This document shows positions 37,573 to 47,262 of a stretch of DNA of 64,000 nucleotides, piece after piece. The notes beneath the pieces were generated by a model that saw only the letters and a program-made list of their open reading frames with translations, was not told the DNA's origin and searched no databases. Each line of letters starts with the position of its first letter. Positions within the stretch are counted from its first letter, which is position 1. The translations under genes were made by a program, and so were the position numbers. The stretch is taken from NCBI GenBank assembly GCA_046331565.1, contig JAXLQP010000002.1, positions 648,107-712,106 of the forward strand, written 5' to 3'. This DNA is from Blastocatellia bacterium. Its GTDB lineage: Bacteria; Acidobacteriota; Blastocatellia; RBC074.

Positions 37573-40372
37573 GCAGTGGCAGCAGATCGAAAAGCTGTAT
37601 CACGCTGCGCTGGAACTGGCCCCCGATGAAAGATCGTCATTCATCGCGGCTGCCTGCGCTGGTGACGAGGCGCTGCGCCGCGAAATCGAATCGCTGCTGG
37701 AATGCGACGATCAGGTTGGACTGTTTCTTGAAAAACCCGCGAAGGAAGTGCTCGCTGGCAAGATCGCCAGTTTCAATTCAGTCGCTGCGCCGCTGCTGGC
37801 CGGACAGAAACTCAATTCCTATGAGATTCGCTCGCTGCTCGGTGCGGGCGGAATGGGTGAAGTTTACCTGGCGCGCGATCTGAAGCTGGGCCGCGACGTG
37901 GCCATCAAGCTGATGCCGGATTACCTGGCCCGCGATCCTGAACGGGTCAGGCGCTTCGAGCGCGAAGCTCGCGTCCTGGCGGCGCTCGACCACCCGAACA
38001 TCGCCCGCATTTATGCGCTCGAACAGACCGGCGAGCAGCGTTTTCTGGTGCTTGAACTCGTCCCCGGCCTGACGCTGACTGAGCGGCTGAATCAGGGGCC
38101 GCTGACGGTGACTGAAGCGCTGCCCGTCTTTCGCCAGATTGCTATTGCGCTCAAGGCCGCGCACGACCGGGGCATCATTCACCGCGACCTCAAACCGGCG
38201 AACATCAAAATCACGCCTGATGGCACGGTGAAAGTGCTCGATTTCGGCATCGCCAAAACGCTGCGCCCGGCCTTTGCCACGGCAGACGGTTCGGAAATTT
38301 CGCTGCCGCAAAGTCCCGTCACCAGAACCGACACGCTGACACGCGAAGGCATGATTCTGGGAACGGTGGCCTACATGAGTCCCGAACAGGCGCGGGGCCG
38401 CGAGCAGCAGCTCGATCATCGCGCCGATCTGTGGTCATTCGGCTGTGTGCTTTACGAAGCTCTGACCGGGCGGCAGCCGTTTCGTGGCGAAACCGTCAGC
38501 GACACGCTCGGCGCAATTCTGAGCGAGGAACCCGACTGGCACGCGCTGCCGAAACACCTGCCCGTCAGCATTCAGTATCTGGTGCGCCAGTGCCTGGTCA
38601 AGGAGCGCGATGAGCGACTGGCTGACGCAACCGCAGCGATCAACGCCATCGAAAAATCGCTGACCGGCCAGGCGACGCCGCTCACTTTTCTGCGCCTGCT
38701 CAAAAAACGATTGTCGCCTTTGCACAGTCGCGCGGTGACTTCGCTGGCGGCGGCGCTGCTGGTCATCACTTCGTTTGCGGGCTGGAAGGAATACCGTCAT
38801 CGCTCGCTGATTCCGGCGCAGAAAAGGCTGGTCGTCGTTGATTTCAGCAACGACAGCAGCGGGCCTGAAGACAGAGCCTGGAGCGTCGGCCTGTCGCAGC
38901 AGTTGCGCAACCGGCTGCTGCGCGTGTCGGGCGTGCAGGTTTTTCAGCTTCCGGCGGCGCGTGACGCGGCGCTCTCAACCGATCCGCAGCAGGCGGCGCG
39001 AACCGTGTCTGCCGGGCTGATTCTGACCGGCACGGTGCGGCGCGACGGCAGCCGCGTTCACCTGATCTGGAATCTGAGCAACGATCAGGGGCAGGTAATT
39101 GACGGCACTGAAACCGACAGCTTCAGCGGCGATGTGACAGAGATGCTGGAACAGGTGGCGCGGCGCGTGACGTGGACGCTGCGCCTGCGCGCCGCGGCGC
39201 AGAACGAAACCGTCAGCACGCATCTGCCGGGCCGCAACCAGGATGAATACCTGACCGCGCTCGGCTGGTTGCGCGAAGGTCAGGATGACAGGGCCATCGC
39301 GCTGCTTGAAAAGCTCGACCGTTCGGCGCTGGTTCGCGCGGCGCTGGGCCGCGCTTATTACTACAAATTCAATTCGACTTCAGAAACGCGCTGGATCAGG
39401 CAGGCCGAAGAAGAATGCCTGGCCGCGCTGAAAATGGACGCCGGATTGCCCGAAGTAAAACACACGCTCGGTCTGATTCAGTTGCGGCGCGGACACGCGG
39501 CTGAGGCGGGCGCGGCATTTGAAGAGGCTTTGCAGCTTGATCCGAATAACGCCGACCTGCTGCTGGGCCTGGCGGCGGCTGAAAATGGCAGCGGACAACC
39601 GGACAAGGCCGAGCAGACCTGGCTGCGGGCAACGCAACTCGCGCCGGGTTACTGGGCGGTGCATAACGACCTCGGCGGTTTTTATTTCAGCCGGGGCCGT
39701 TACGCCGAAGCCCTCAGAATGTGGCAGTGCGTCGCTGAACTGCAGCCGGGCCGCGCTGAGACATTTCTGAATCTGGGCGGCGCTTACTTCAGCCTGGCCC
39801 GGCTGGATGACGCCGTGCTGAATTATCACCTGTCGCTCAGTCTGCAACCGACGCCTGACGCGCAACTCGGACTCGCCGCCGCGCTCTATTATCAGGGCCT
39901 TTACGACGAAGCCGCCGCCGCCGCCGAAGCCGGGCTGCAACTCAACGCTGATGATGCGTACCTGCTGGGCGTGCTTGGTGACGCCTGCCGTCAGATCAGC
40001 GGCGCAGCGGAAAAATCAGCGCGGGCTTACGACAAGGCCATCGCCGCCCGCAAAGCCGAACTGCGCGAAAACCCTGAGGATGCCGCCGCCTGGTCACAGA
40101 CCGCTGAATGGCTGGCCAAACGCGGGCGCACGGATGAAGCAGTCAGAACCATTGAGAAGGCGCTGCAACTTGATGCAGACAGCGTAAACAATCTGGTCAG
40201 CGCCGTGCTGGTCTATCACCTTGCGAGAAATGACCGCGATGCGCTGCGCCTGGCTGAACGCGCCGTCAGCAGCGGTTACAGCGCGGAACTGCTGGCCAGA
40301 GATCCTGAACTGTCAGGCCTGCGTCGGCAGCCGGAATTTGAACAGCTTACTCGCCAGTCGCGGAGGCCGTAA
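37562..40372 (+). CDS. Serine/threonine protein kinase with an N-terminal sigma-associated domain and a C-terminal TPR region.
   Basis: Kinase motifs are present (GAGGMGEVYLA, VAIK, HRDLKPANI, DFGIA, GTVAYMSPE). A TM segment lies near residue 390. Multiple TPR-like repeats occur in the C-terminal 400 aa. Confidence 0.85.
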   Translation: MKPEQWQQIEKLYHAALELAPDERSSFIAAACAGDEALRREIESLLECDDQVGLFLEKPAKEVLAGKIASFNSVAAPLLAGQKLNSYEIRSLLGAGGMGEVYLARDLKLGRDVAIKLMPDYLARDPERVRRFEREARVLAALDHPNIARIYALEQTGEQRFLVLELVPGLTLTERLNQGPLTVTEALPVFRQIAIALKAAHDRGIIHRDLKPANIKITPDGTVKVLDFGIAKTLRPAFATADGSEISLPQSPVTRTDTLTREGMILGTVAYMSPEQARGREQQLDHRADLWSFGCVLYEALTGRQPFRGETVSDTLGAILSEEPDWHALPKHLPVSIQYLVRQCLVKERDERLADATAAINAIEKSLTGQATPLTFLRLLKKRLSPLHSRAVTSLAAALLVITSFAGWKEYRHRSLIPAQKRLVVVDFSNDSSGPEDRAWSVGLSQQLRNRLLRVSGVQVFQLPAARDAALSTDPQQAARTVSAGLILTGTVRRDGSRVHLIWNLSNDQGQVIDGTETDSFSGDVTEMLEQVARRVTWTLRLRAAAQNETVSTHLPGRNQDEYLTALGWLREGQDDRAIALLEKLDRSALVRAALGRAYYYKFNSTSETRWIRQAEEECLAALKMDAGLPEVKHTLGLIQLRRGHAAEAGAAFEEALQLDPNNADLLLGLAAAENGSGQPDKAEQTWLRATQLAPGYWAVHNDLGGFYFSRGRYAEALRMWQCVAELQPGRAETFLNLGGAYFSLARLDDAVLNYHLSLSLQPTPDAQLGLAAALYYQGLYDEAAAAAEAGLQLNADDAYLLGVLGDACRQISGAAEKSARAYDKAIAARKAELRENPEDAAAWSQTAEWLAKRGRTDEAVRTIEKALQLDADSVNNLVSAVLVYHLARNDRDALRLAERAVSSGYSAELLARDPELSGLRRQPEFEQLTRQSRRP

Positions 40373-40416
40373 CCCGGCCTCCGAATCCTGAAGCCATAAA
40401 CCGAAGGAGGTCGCAG

Positions 40417-40794
40417 ATGCCACAGACCATTCAGGTTGAAGTCAGAAACGATAACGGCAACTTGAAACTTGTCAGAAACGTCAACGGGGTGGAGCGTTCC
40501 GCCAGTCTGGTCGTGATTTATGAGGAAGAGGAGGTGCAGTGGTTTTCCAATGACGGAACTCTGGAAATTCTCTTTGGCTCGACGGAAACCAGCAACCCTT
40601 TTGCCGGTGACGGAATTTATGAATCAACGGCAGTGCAGTCCGGCGAAACCACCAATGCGATGAACACGCTCGAAGACGACGAAGGCGCAGATTACAAGTA
40701 CACCGTCACGCTGTTTCCCAACGGCGGCGCAACTCCGCTGTCACTCGATCCGCGAGTCCGCGTTTACAAACGAGTTCGTTCCAATACCGACTGA
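40417..40794 (+). CDS. Small hypothetical protein (125 aa), paralogous to the next gene.
   Basis: A good RBS is present (gaaggaggtcgcagATG). The two share a pattern: W..DGTLEILFG....SNPFA...(38 aa)...YKYTVTL...G...LDPRVRV against W....GTLDIRFT....SPFA...YNYVIIV...G...QDLSVIV. Confidence 0.5.
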   Translation: MPQTIQVEVRNDNGNLKLVRNVNGVERSASLVVIYEEEEVQWFSNDGTLEILFGSTETSNPFAGDGIYESTAVQSGETTNAMNTLEDDEGADYKYTVTLFPNGGATPLSLDPRVRVYKRVRSNTD

Positions 40795-40826
40795 ACTGAA
40801 ACTTACTTCAATCAGGGAGGGCCAGT

Positions 40827-41195
40827 ATGATCAAAGCCAAAGAGCAGACCTGCAAAAGACCGCCTGAACGCAAGACCGATCCGCAGCCGGTAACAGTGGT
40901 GGTCGCGGATGGAAAGATCAGAGTTGATCAGGAAAAACTGGTGCTGCGCGTTTCCGGCAATCAGGAAGCAGCCTGGAAATGCAAAACCGGCACGCTGGAC
41001 ATTCGCTTCACGCCGAACCCGAAAACATCGCCTTTTGCGACTAATTCGTTTCGCGCGCCGAAAGGCGGCGTCGCGCTTTCGGGCGTGCCTGATCGTCAGA
41101 AAGTCAGCGATGCGCCCTACAATTACGTCATCATCGTGACGCAGCCTGACGGAACTTTTATCCGGCAGGATTTATCGGTGATAGTCAAAGCCTGA
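40827..41195 (+). CDS. Small hypothetical protein (122 aa), paralog of 40417..40794.
   Basis: An RBS is present (cagggagggccagtATG). The conserved positions are shared with the upstream gene. Neither has a signal peptide. Confidence 0.5.
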   Translation: MIKAKEQTCKRPPERKTDPQPVTVVVADGKIRVDQEKLVLRVSGNQEAAWKCKTGTLDIRFTPNPKTSPFATNSFRAPKGGVALSGVPDRQKVSDAPYNYVIIVTQPDGTFIRQDLSVIVKA

Positions 41196-41384
41196 ACCAC
41201 AACGCTTTCACCACAGGCGCTGTAAGCAATGAGCGCAGGCCGCGACGCCTGCGCTCATTGTGCAATCATTGTGGTGCTTGCCTCACGGGCTGTGGTGTTT
41301 TATAGTCAGGCCGTCGCTTCTTTTAATCGAGCGCAGTTCAAACGAACTTTATGATTCAGACGCGGAACAATTGTTGTTGTTGTT

Positions 41385-42320
41385 ATGCCTGCCTTGCGAA
41401 GCACTGTTGTTGTTGCTAGTGCGTCCGCGTCTTTGCTCGATCTCATCGGAAATACCCCGCTGCTCAAGCTCAACAATCTGGCCTCAAATCCACAGGTTGA
41501 AATTCACGCCAAAGCGGAGTGGGCAAATCCAGGAGGATCGGTTAAGGATCGGCCCGCACTGAAAATGATTCTGGAAGGTGAGCGCACGGGCGCGCTCACG
41601 CCGGACAAAACCATCATTGACGCGACGAGCGGCAATACGGGCATCGCCTACGCGATGATCGGCGCGGCGCGCGGCTACAGGGTAAAACTGTGCCTGCCAA
41701 AAAACGCGAGCGCCGAACGCAGGCGCATCCTGCGCGCTTACGGCGCGGAACTGATTCTGACTGACCCGATGTCAGGCACCGACGGCGCAATCATCGAAGC
41801 GCGCCGCCTCGTTGCTGAAAATCCCGAAGCGTACTTTTATCCCGATCAGTACAACAACCCGGCCAACTGGCAGGCACATTACGAAACGACCGGTGTTGAA
41901 ATCTTCGAGCAGACCGGCGGGCGCGTTACGCATTTCGTTGCGGGCCTCGGCACCAGCGGAACATTCATCGGCGCGGGCCGCCGCCTGCGCGAACTCAGGC
42001 CCGATATAAAGCTGATTTCGATGCAGCCCGATTCGCCGTATCACGGCCTCGAAGGCATGAAGCACATGGAAACAGCCATCGTGCCGGGCATCTATGATTC
42101 GTCGCTCGCTGATGAGCAGATGGAAATTGCGACCGAAGATGCTTACGCGATGGCCAGAGAACTTGCGCGCCGCGAAGGCTGGTTCGTCGGCGTTTCAGCC
42201 GCCGCCAACATCGTCGCGGCTTTGCGAGTCGCGCAGACCATCGAAAAGGGCGTGATCGTCACCATCCTGTGCGACGGCGCGAGCAAATACCTGAACGAAA
42301 AATTCTGGGAGGAAGGTTAG
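41385..42320 (+). CDS. cysM: Cysteine synthase (PLP-dependent; CysM/CysK family). The context suggests it depends on a CysO-thiocarboxylate.
   Basis: It reads LIGNTPLLKL...GGSVKDRPALKMI...TIIDATSGNTGIAYAMIGAARGY, which includes the PLP-lysine and glycine-rich loops. It is followed by a JAMM/Mec+ gene and a CysO-MoeZ gene. Confidence 0.8.
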   Translation: MPALRSTVVVASASASLLDLIGNTPLLKLNNLASNPQVEIHAKAEWANPGGSVKDRPALKMILEGERTGALTPDKTIIDATSGNTGIAYAMIGAARGYRVKLCLPKNASAERRRILRAYGAELILTDPMSGTDGAIIEARRLVAENPEAYFYPDQYNNPANWQAHYETTGVEIFEQTGGRVTHFVAGLGTSGTFIGAGRRLRELRPDIKLISMQPDSPYHGLEGMKHMETAIVPGIYDSSLADEQMEIATEDAYAMARELARREGWFVGVSAAANIVAALRVAQTIEKGVIVTILCDGASKYLNEKFWEEG

Positions 42321-42324
42321 CCAC

Positions 42325-42398
42325 CGAGGCACAGAAGCCACAGAGAGAACATTGCATTGTCAGGTTAAATCGCTCCGTGTCCTCTGTGCCTCGGTGGC
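42325..42398. repeat. Palindromic hairpin (ccaccgaggcacagaag ... cctctgtgcctcggtgg) between cysM and mec.
   Basis: A 17-bp stem is visible. It could be an intra-operon attenuator or RNA-processing site. Confidence 0.5.
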
Positions 42399-42407
42399 TG
42401 AATTTCA

Positions 42408-42842
42408 ATGACCATCAGATTGAACAGTGAACAGATCGAAGCCATCAGAAAACACGGCGAGCAGACGTTTCCTGAGGAGTGCGGCGGGCTGCTGCTTGGC
42501 GTAGTTGAAAACGGCGTGCGTGTGATTCGTGAAGTGATGCCGCTGGCAAACGTCAGGCAGGATTCGCGGCACAACCGCGTTGAGTTAAGCCCGCTCGATT
42601 ACGCGCGCGCTGAACGCGACGCGGCAAAGAAAGACCTGGGCGTGTGGGGTTATTACCATTCGCATCCCGATCATCCGGCCATTCCGTCAGGCTTCGATCT
42701 GGATCACGCGCCGTTCATTGAATGGTCTTACGTCATTGTTTCGGTGCGCGCTGGCATGGCCCAGGAAGTGCGCGCCTGGACGGTGCGCGATGATCGTTCG
42801 CAGTTTGATGAAGAAGAGATTCACGATCAGAGTGCGGCCTGA
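42408..42842 (+). CDS. mec: JAMM/MPN+ (Mov34) metalloprotease, Mec+-like.
   Basis: The JAMM motif is HSHPDHPAIPSGFDLD, with the upstream E in EECGGLLLG. Confidence 0.8.
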   Translation: MTIRLNSEQIEAIRKHGEQTFPEECGGLLLGVVENGVRVIREVMPLANVRQDSRHNRVELSPLDYARAERDAAKKDLGVWGYYHSHPDHPAIPSGFDLDHAPFIEWSYVIVSVRAGMAQEVRAWTVRDDRSQFDEEEIHDQSAA

Positions 42843-42844
42843 TC

Positions 42845-44317
42845 GTGGCAACAGAGAACAGCAGAAATTCAGAGGGAGAAAGTCATATGCCACAGATCAA
42901 CATTCCAACCGCGCTGCGGCAGTACGCAGGCGGCAGCGGTTCAATCGAAGTTCAGGGCAGCACCATCGGTGAAGCTCTGGCGAGTCTGACCGAACTGCAT
43001 CCCGAATTGAAAAAACATCTCTACGACGCTTCGGGAAAGCTGCGCAGCTTCGTCAATGTTTACGTCAACGACGAAGACATTCGTTACCAGCAGCAGGAAA
43101 ACACGCCAATCAAAGACGGCGATGAAATCAGCATCATTCCCGCCATCGCAGGCGGCAAATCAGACGCGCTGCCTGAACTTGGTCGTGAGGAACTGGCGCG
43201 TTACAACCGCCACATCATCATGCCCGAAGTCGGCCTGGAAGGTCAGCGCAAGCTCAAGGCCGCAAGCATTCTGCTGGTCGGCACGGGCGGCCTCGGTTCG
43301 CCGCTTGGCCTGTACCTGGCGGCGGCGGGCGTGGGCCGCCTCGGCCTGGTTGATTTCGATGTGGTGGATCAGAGCAATCTGCAACGACAGATTCTGCACG
43401 GCACAAAGGATGTCGGGCGACCGAAAATTCAGTCGGCAAAGGATCGTCTGGCTGACGTGAATCCGCATGTTGAGATTGACACTTACGAAACGGCGCTGCG
43501 GGCTGAAAACGCGCTCGATATTCTCAAAAACTACGACATCATCATTGACGGCACCGACAACTTTCAGACGCGCTATCTGGTGAATGACGCGAGCGTGCTG
43601 CTCGGCAAGCCGAATGTTTACGGTTCGATCTTTCGCTTCGATGGCCAGGCGTCGGTCTTTTATCCGCAGGGCGGCGGGCCGTGCTATCGCTGCCTTTATC
43701 CTGAACCGCCACCGCCGGGACTGGTGCCGTCGTGCGCTGAAGGCGGCGTGCTCGGCATTCTGCCGGGAATCATCGGCGTGATTCAGGCGACCGAAGCCAT
43801 CAAGCTGATTCTCGGTGAAGGCGACACGCTGCTTGGCCGCCTGCTGCTGTTTGACGCATTGAAGATGAGGTTCCGTGAACTCAGACTGCGGCGCAATCCC
43901 GAATGCCCGCTGTGCGGCGAAAACCCGACGATCACGAAGCTGATTGATTACGATGTTTTCTGCGGCGTCACGCCACAACCGGTCGAAGTTTCAGACTGGG
44001 AAGTAACACCCGCGCAACTCAGGTCAGAGCTTGATGGCGGGCGGCAGATCACGATCATTGACGTGCGCGAACCGCACGAATGGCAGATCAGCAATCTCGC
44101 AGCTTATGGTTCAAGACTGATTCCGCTCGGACAGTTTCAGTCGCGCATTGGCGAACTCAACCCGCAGGAAGAGATCGTCGTGCAGTGCAAAATGGGAGGC
44201 CGCAGCGCGAAGGCATACGAGATGCTCAAACAGGCAGGCTTCAAAAAAATCCGCAACCTGAAAGGCGGCATCATCGCGTGGGCTGATCAGGTTGATCCGA
44301 CCTTGCAGAAATACTGA
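42845..44317 (+). CDS. moeZ: A CysO/MoaD-like sulfur-carrier (ubiquitin-like, GG-terminated) domain fused in one ORF to a MoeZ/MoeB-type E1 adenylyltransferase with a C-terminal rhodanese domain.
   Basis: Residues about 15-104 form a beta-grasp carrier ending IIPAIAGG. This is followed immediately by LGREELARYNRHIIMPEVGLEGQRKL (the MoeB/ThiF N-terminus), the Rossmann fold (LLVGTGGLGSP), CxxC pairs, and a rhodanese active site (VVQCKMGGRS). Confidence 0.8.
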   Translation: MATENSRNSEGESHMPQINIPTALRQYAGGSGSIEVQGSTIGEALASLTELHPELKKHLYDASGKLRSFVNVYVNDEDIRYQQQENTPIKDGDEISIIPAIAGGKSDALPELGREELARYNRHIIMPEVGLEGQRKLKAASILLVGTGGLGSPLGLYLAAAGVGRLGLVDFDVVDQSNLQRQILHGTKDVGRPKIQSAKDRLADVNPHVEIDTYETALRAENALDILKNYDIIIDGTDNFQTRYLVNDASVLLGKPNVYGSIFRFDGQASVFYPQGGGPCYRCLYPEPPPPGLVPSCAEGGVLGILPGIIGVIQATEAIKLILGEGDTLLGRLLLFDALKMRFRELRLRRNPECPLCGENPTITKLIDYDVFCGVTPQPVEVSDWEVTPAQLRSELDGGRQITIIDVREPHEWQISNLAAYGSRLIPLGQFQSRIGELNPQEEIVVQCKMGGRSAKAYEMLKQAGFKKIRNLKGGIIAWADQVDPTLQKY

Positions 44318-44320
44318 AAC

Positions 44321-44428
44321 ACCTGTCACTTCTTACCTGTCAGTTGTCACCTGTTTCAGAGCAGTTACTTTTCAGAAACAGGTGACAACTGACAGGTGAC
44401 AGATGACAGGTAAGGTGTTTTTGCACGA
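44321..44428 (+). terminator. Long palindrome (acctgtcagttgtcacctgtttc ... gaaacaggtgacaactgacaggt) followed by TTTTT. It is a probable intrinsic terminator after moeZ.
   Basis: The stem is followed by a T-tract (ggtgtttttgcac). Confidence 0.55.
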
Positions 44429-44476
44429 CTCAGCCGAATATCGGATAATCCTGCCTCGCCCCGTCAATCATCATTT

Positions 44477-44824
44477 TTGAGGAGCAGTTTCGGGATGTCA
44501 TCTTCACCTTCACCCGGCGCGCGTCAGTTTTACGAAGTGGCCCGCGCCAGCGACCTGCCGCCGGGCAGCGGCAAAACCGTTTATGCCAACGGTCATCAGC
44601 TTGCGCTGTTCAATTACGGCGGAACCTTTTATGCCATTGACGACAGTTGCCCGCATCGCGGCGCGCCGCTGAGCGAAGGTTATGTGCAGGGCGGGCGCGT
44701 GCTGTGTTCGTGGCACTGTTTCGATTTCAGCCTGACGACCGGCGCGTGTGAGGTCGTGCCGGAACTGAAGGTGTCAACTTATGAAGTGAAGGTCGAAGGC
44801 GACACGGTTTACGTGTTGTGCTGA
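44477..44824 (+). CDS. Rieske [2Fe-2S] domain protein (small ferredoxin / NirD-like).
   Basis: CPHRGAPL ... CSWHCFDF are the CxH...CxxH Rieske ligands. Confidence 0.7.
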   Translation: MRSSFGMSSSPSPGARQFYEVARASDLPPGSGKTVYANGHQLALFNYGGTFYAIDDSCPHRGAPLSEGYVQGGRVLCSWHCFDFSLTTGACEVVPELKVSTYEVKVEGDTVYVLC

Positions 44825-45228
44825 GAGTGACCAGACACGCATACAATCAGCTTCTGTTCAGCGCGGCGGCGTTATTCAATCTGGCGTCTGCCGCGCTGCT
44901 GTTTTTCTTTCCGCAGCTTCTGCTGGCGCGGCTGGGCATTGCTGATCCGACGGCGGCATTGCTGGCGCGGTCGCTGGCTTCGAGCGCGACAACGTGGGGT
45001 ATCGGCTATGCGCTCGTGGCGGTCAATGCTCAGCGTTATCGCCCGTTTGCGCTGCTTGGAGCGATTTCAAAGACGATCTTTGCGCTCGTTTACACGGTGG
45101 CCTGGCTGCGCGGAATGATTTCATTCACAGCCTTCGTGCCCGCGCTGATTGAACTGATCTTTGCGGCGCTCTTTATTGAATTTCTCTGGCGCGGCAGAAA
45201 AAGCCTAACCGCCGACTCTGCGGCCTGA
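44818..45228 (+). CDS. Hypothetical membrane protein.
   Basis: There are four hydrophobic helices and no recognisable family. Confidence 0.4.
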   Translation: MLRVTRHAYNQLLFSAAALFNLASAALLFFFPQLLLARLGIADPTAALLARSLASSATTWGIGYALVAVNAQRYRPFALLGAISKTIFALVYTVAWLRGMISFTAFVPALIELIFAALFIEFLWRGRKSLTADSAA

Positions 45229-46068
45229 ACCTGATCGCCCGCCTGAACCGCCCGCCCGCGTGCCGGTTCCAGTGCAGATGCCGCCGGTACGATCAGGCGT
45301 GACCTGTCCGAAAAAGCTGTTCTGCCGCAACATCGCCAGATCATTTTCCAGCAGGTAAGTGCGCGGGTAGTTCTGATAACCCAGGTACATCAGCGACTGG
45401 CACGGATATTCCCAGTCTCTGGCCTGATGATTCTGACAAGTGGGTGGATGATCAAGGCCGAAGACGTGGCCGAGTTCGTGCGCCAGGCCGCCAACCCAGC
45501 GACAGATGCCCCGGTCACCCTGCCCTGTCAGACCGAGCAGGTCACCGCGATGCAGCACGGCGCGCCCCTGCAATCCGGCGCCGCCAATCTGTCCGGGCGC
45601 ATGCGCGGCATCAATGTAAAAGACCGCAGCGATGGTCTGATCGTTCGGATTTACGCCGCTCGCCGCGTAACCGTCATTGAGCGTATTCAGCCAGAACCAG
45701 ACAGCCTGATTGTCGCCAGCCTGATTCTGCGCGTACCACCACTCAGGCCGCGCAGTCTGCAAAACCTGCACAACCGGATTCGCCAGCCGGAACGTGGTGC
45801 CATCCTGAAGCTGCTCCCAGTACCAGCGCTGCACGTCGAGCGCGGCGTTTCTGATCGCGGTGAGATATTCATCGCGCGGCGGCAGGTCAGAGGGGACGAG
45901 ATAGAAAAAGCAGACAGTCGGGTGATCCATAAAAATAAATCCTGCCCGCAGATGACGGCCATCACGACCGTTCCGGGGCAGGAAGTTCGGGTTCTTGTGA
46001 TTCAGTTTTTCAGCGCGCGTGAATCTTACTTGTTCGCCAGCATTCGATCCAGAGCAACGCGCGCCCAC
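45205..46068 (-). CDS. Metzincin-type zinc metallopeptidase (HExxHxxGxxH).
   Basis: The zinc site is LAHELGHVFGLDHP. The tail is Gly-rich. The start is ambiguous: it is either the track start at 46068, which overlaps the nadA 3' end, or the internal Met at 45930. The opposite-strand ORF 45427..46110 looks like a shadow. Confidence 0.55.
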   Translation of the reverse strand: MGARCSGSNAGEQVRFTRAEKLNHKNPNFLPRNGRDGRHLRAGFIFMDHPTVCFFYLVPSDLPPRDEYLTAIRNAALDVQRWYWEQLQDGTTFRLANPVVQVLQTARPEWWYAQNQAGDNQAVWFWLNTLNDGYAASGVNPNDQTIAAVFYIDAAHAPGQIGGAGLQGRAVLHRGDLLGLTGQGDRGICRWVGGLAHELGHVFGLDHPPTCQNHQARDWEYPCQSLMYLGYQNYPRTYLLENDLAMLRQNSFFGQVTPDRTGGICTGTGTRAGGSGGRSGSGRRVGG

Positions 46069-47174
46069 CGGGCAGTTTCCTCGTCAACCGTGACGCGATT
46101 GACGATGTGACCATCAACCAGATTTTCAAGCGACCAGAGCAGGTTTTCAGGCGCGATGCGAAACATCGTCGCGCACATGCACAGATCAGGCGCCAGCAGC
46201 GTCACGAATTTGTCAGGGTTACGATGCGCCAGGCGGTCAACCAGATTCAGTTCAGTGCCGACGGCCCATTTGCTGCCTGCCGGAGCTTCGCTGATCGTTT
46301 TGATGATGTACTCGGTCGAGCCGTGATAATCAGATTTGCTGACGACTTCGTAACGGCATTCGGGATGCACGAGAATATTGATGCCCGGATGTTCCTTTCT
46401 TCTGTCGTCAACGTGGCGCGGCAGAAAGCGACCGTGCACCGAGCAGAAGCCTTTCCACAAAATCAGTTTTGCTTCCTTCAGTTTTTCCGGTGTGTTGCCG
46501 CCGAGTTCCAGGCGCGGATCCCACACCGCCATCCGGTCGAGCGGGATATCGAATTTGACGCCTGTGTTGCGGCCCAGGTGTTCATCGGGGAAGAAGAAGA
46601 GTTTTTCGCGCTCTCCGAGCGCCCAGCGAAACAGCGTCACCGCATTTGACGAAGTGCAGACCGCGCCGCCGTTGCGCCCGCAGAAGGCTTTGATATTCGC
46701 CGCCGAGTTCATGTAAGTGATCGGCATGATCGAATCCAGACCGAGATCACGAAGCTGTTCCCACGCGGTTTCGACCTGTTCAAGTTGTGCCATATCAGCC
46801 ATCGAACATCCGGCAGCAAGGTCGGGCAGAATCACCTGCTGGTGCGGCGCGCTCAGAATGTCTGCCGATTCGGCCATAAAATGAACGCCGCAGAAAACGA
46901 TGTAATCAGCCTTCGGACGCGACGCGGCCTGCTGCGCGAGCTTGAACGAATCGCCTTCAAAATCGGCGTGACAGATGACATCGCCGCGCTGGTAATGATG
47001 ACCGAGAATGACGAGCCGCTCGCCCAGCGTCCGGCGCGCCTGTTCGATCCGGTCAGCCAGTTCCCGCTCATCAAGACTGGTGTAATCTTCGAGCGGCCTC
47101 ACCTGATCGCGCAACAGCGCGGGGATAATGGCGTTGTGCTGACCTGTTTCCATCGTTTGCATCGTGCTGTCCAT
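46026..47174 (-). CDS. nadA: Quinolinate synthase NadA.
   Basis: Conserved NadA blocks are present (ILGHHYQ, FCGVHFMAE, LAAGCSMADM, CSVHGRF, three Cys ligands). Confidence 0.9.
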   Translation of the reverse strand: MDSTMQTMETGQHNAIIPALLRDQVRPLEDYTSLDERELADRIEQARRTLGERLVILGHHYQRGDVICHADFEGDSFKLAQQAASRPKADYIVFCGVHFMAESADILSAPHQQVILPDLAAGCSMADMAQLEQVETAWEQLRDLGLDSIMPITYMNSAANIKAFCGRNGGAVCTSSNAVTLFRWALGEREKLFFFPDEHLGRNTGVKFDIPLDRMAVWDPRLELGGNTPEKLKEAKLILWKGFCSVHGRFLPRHVDDRRKEHPGINILVHPECRYEVVSKSDYHGSTEYIIKTISEAPAGSKWAVGTELNLVDRLAHRNPDKFVTLLAPDLCMCATMFRIAPENLLWSLENLVDGHIVNRVTVDEETARWARVALDRMLANK

Positions 47175-47211
47175 GAAAGCTGCCCTCCGTGAATCAATTC
47201 AGACTGATCAG

Positions 47212-47262
47212 ACTTAGTGTGTTTATTACACTATGGCTGCATAGTGTACAGAAGACACTAAG
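47212..47262. promoter_or_regulatory. Nested palindrome (cttagtgtg..tacactat-ggctgc-atagtgta..cacactaag) about 40-90 nt upstream of nadA. It is a candidate operator for a NAD-biosynthesis regulator.
   Basis: There is a perfect 8-bp inverted repeat TACACTAT/ATAGTGTA with a 6-bp spacer, nested in an outer imperfect inverted repeat. It lies in the nadA/sthA divergent region. Confidence 0.3.

Noticed and set aside
45427-46110. A 227-aa plus-strand ORF opposite the metzincin gene.
   Set aside because: It has no motifs, whereas the minus-strand frame carries a clean HExxHxxGxxH zinc site. I treat it as a shadow.
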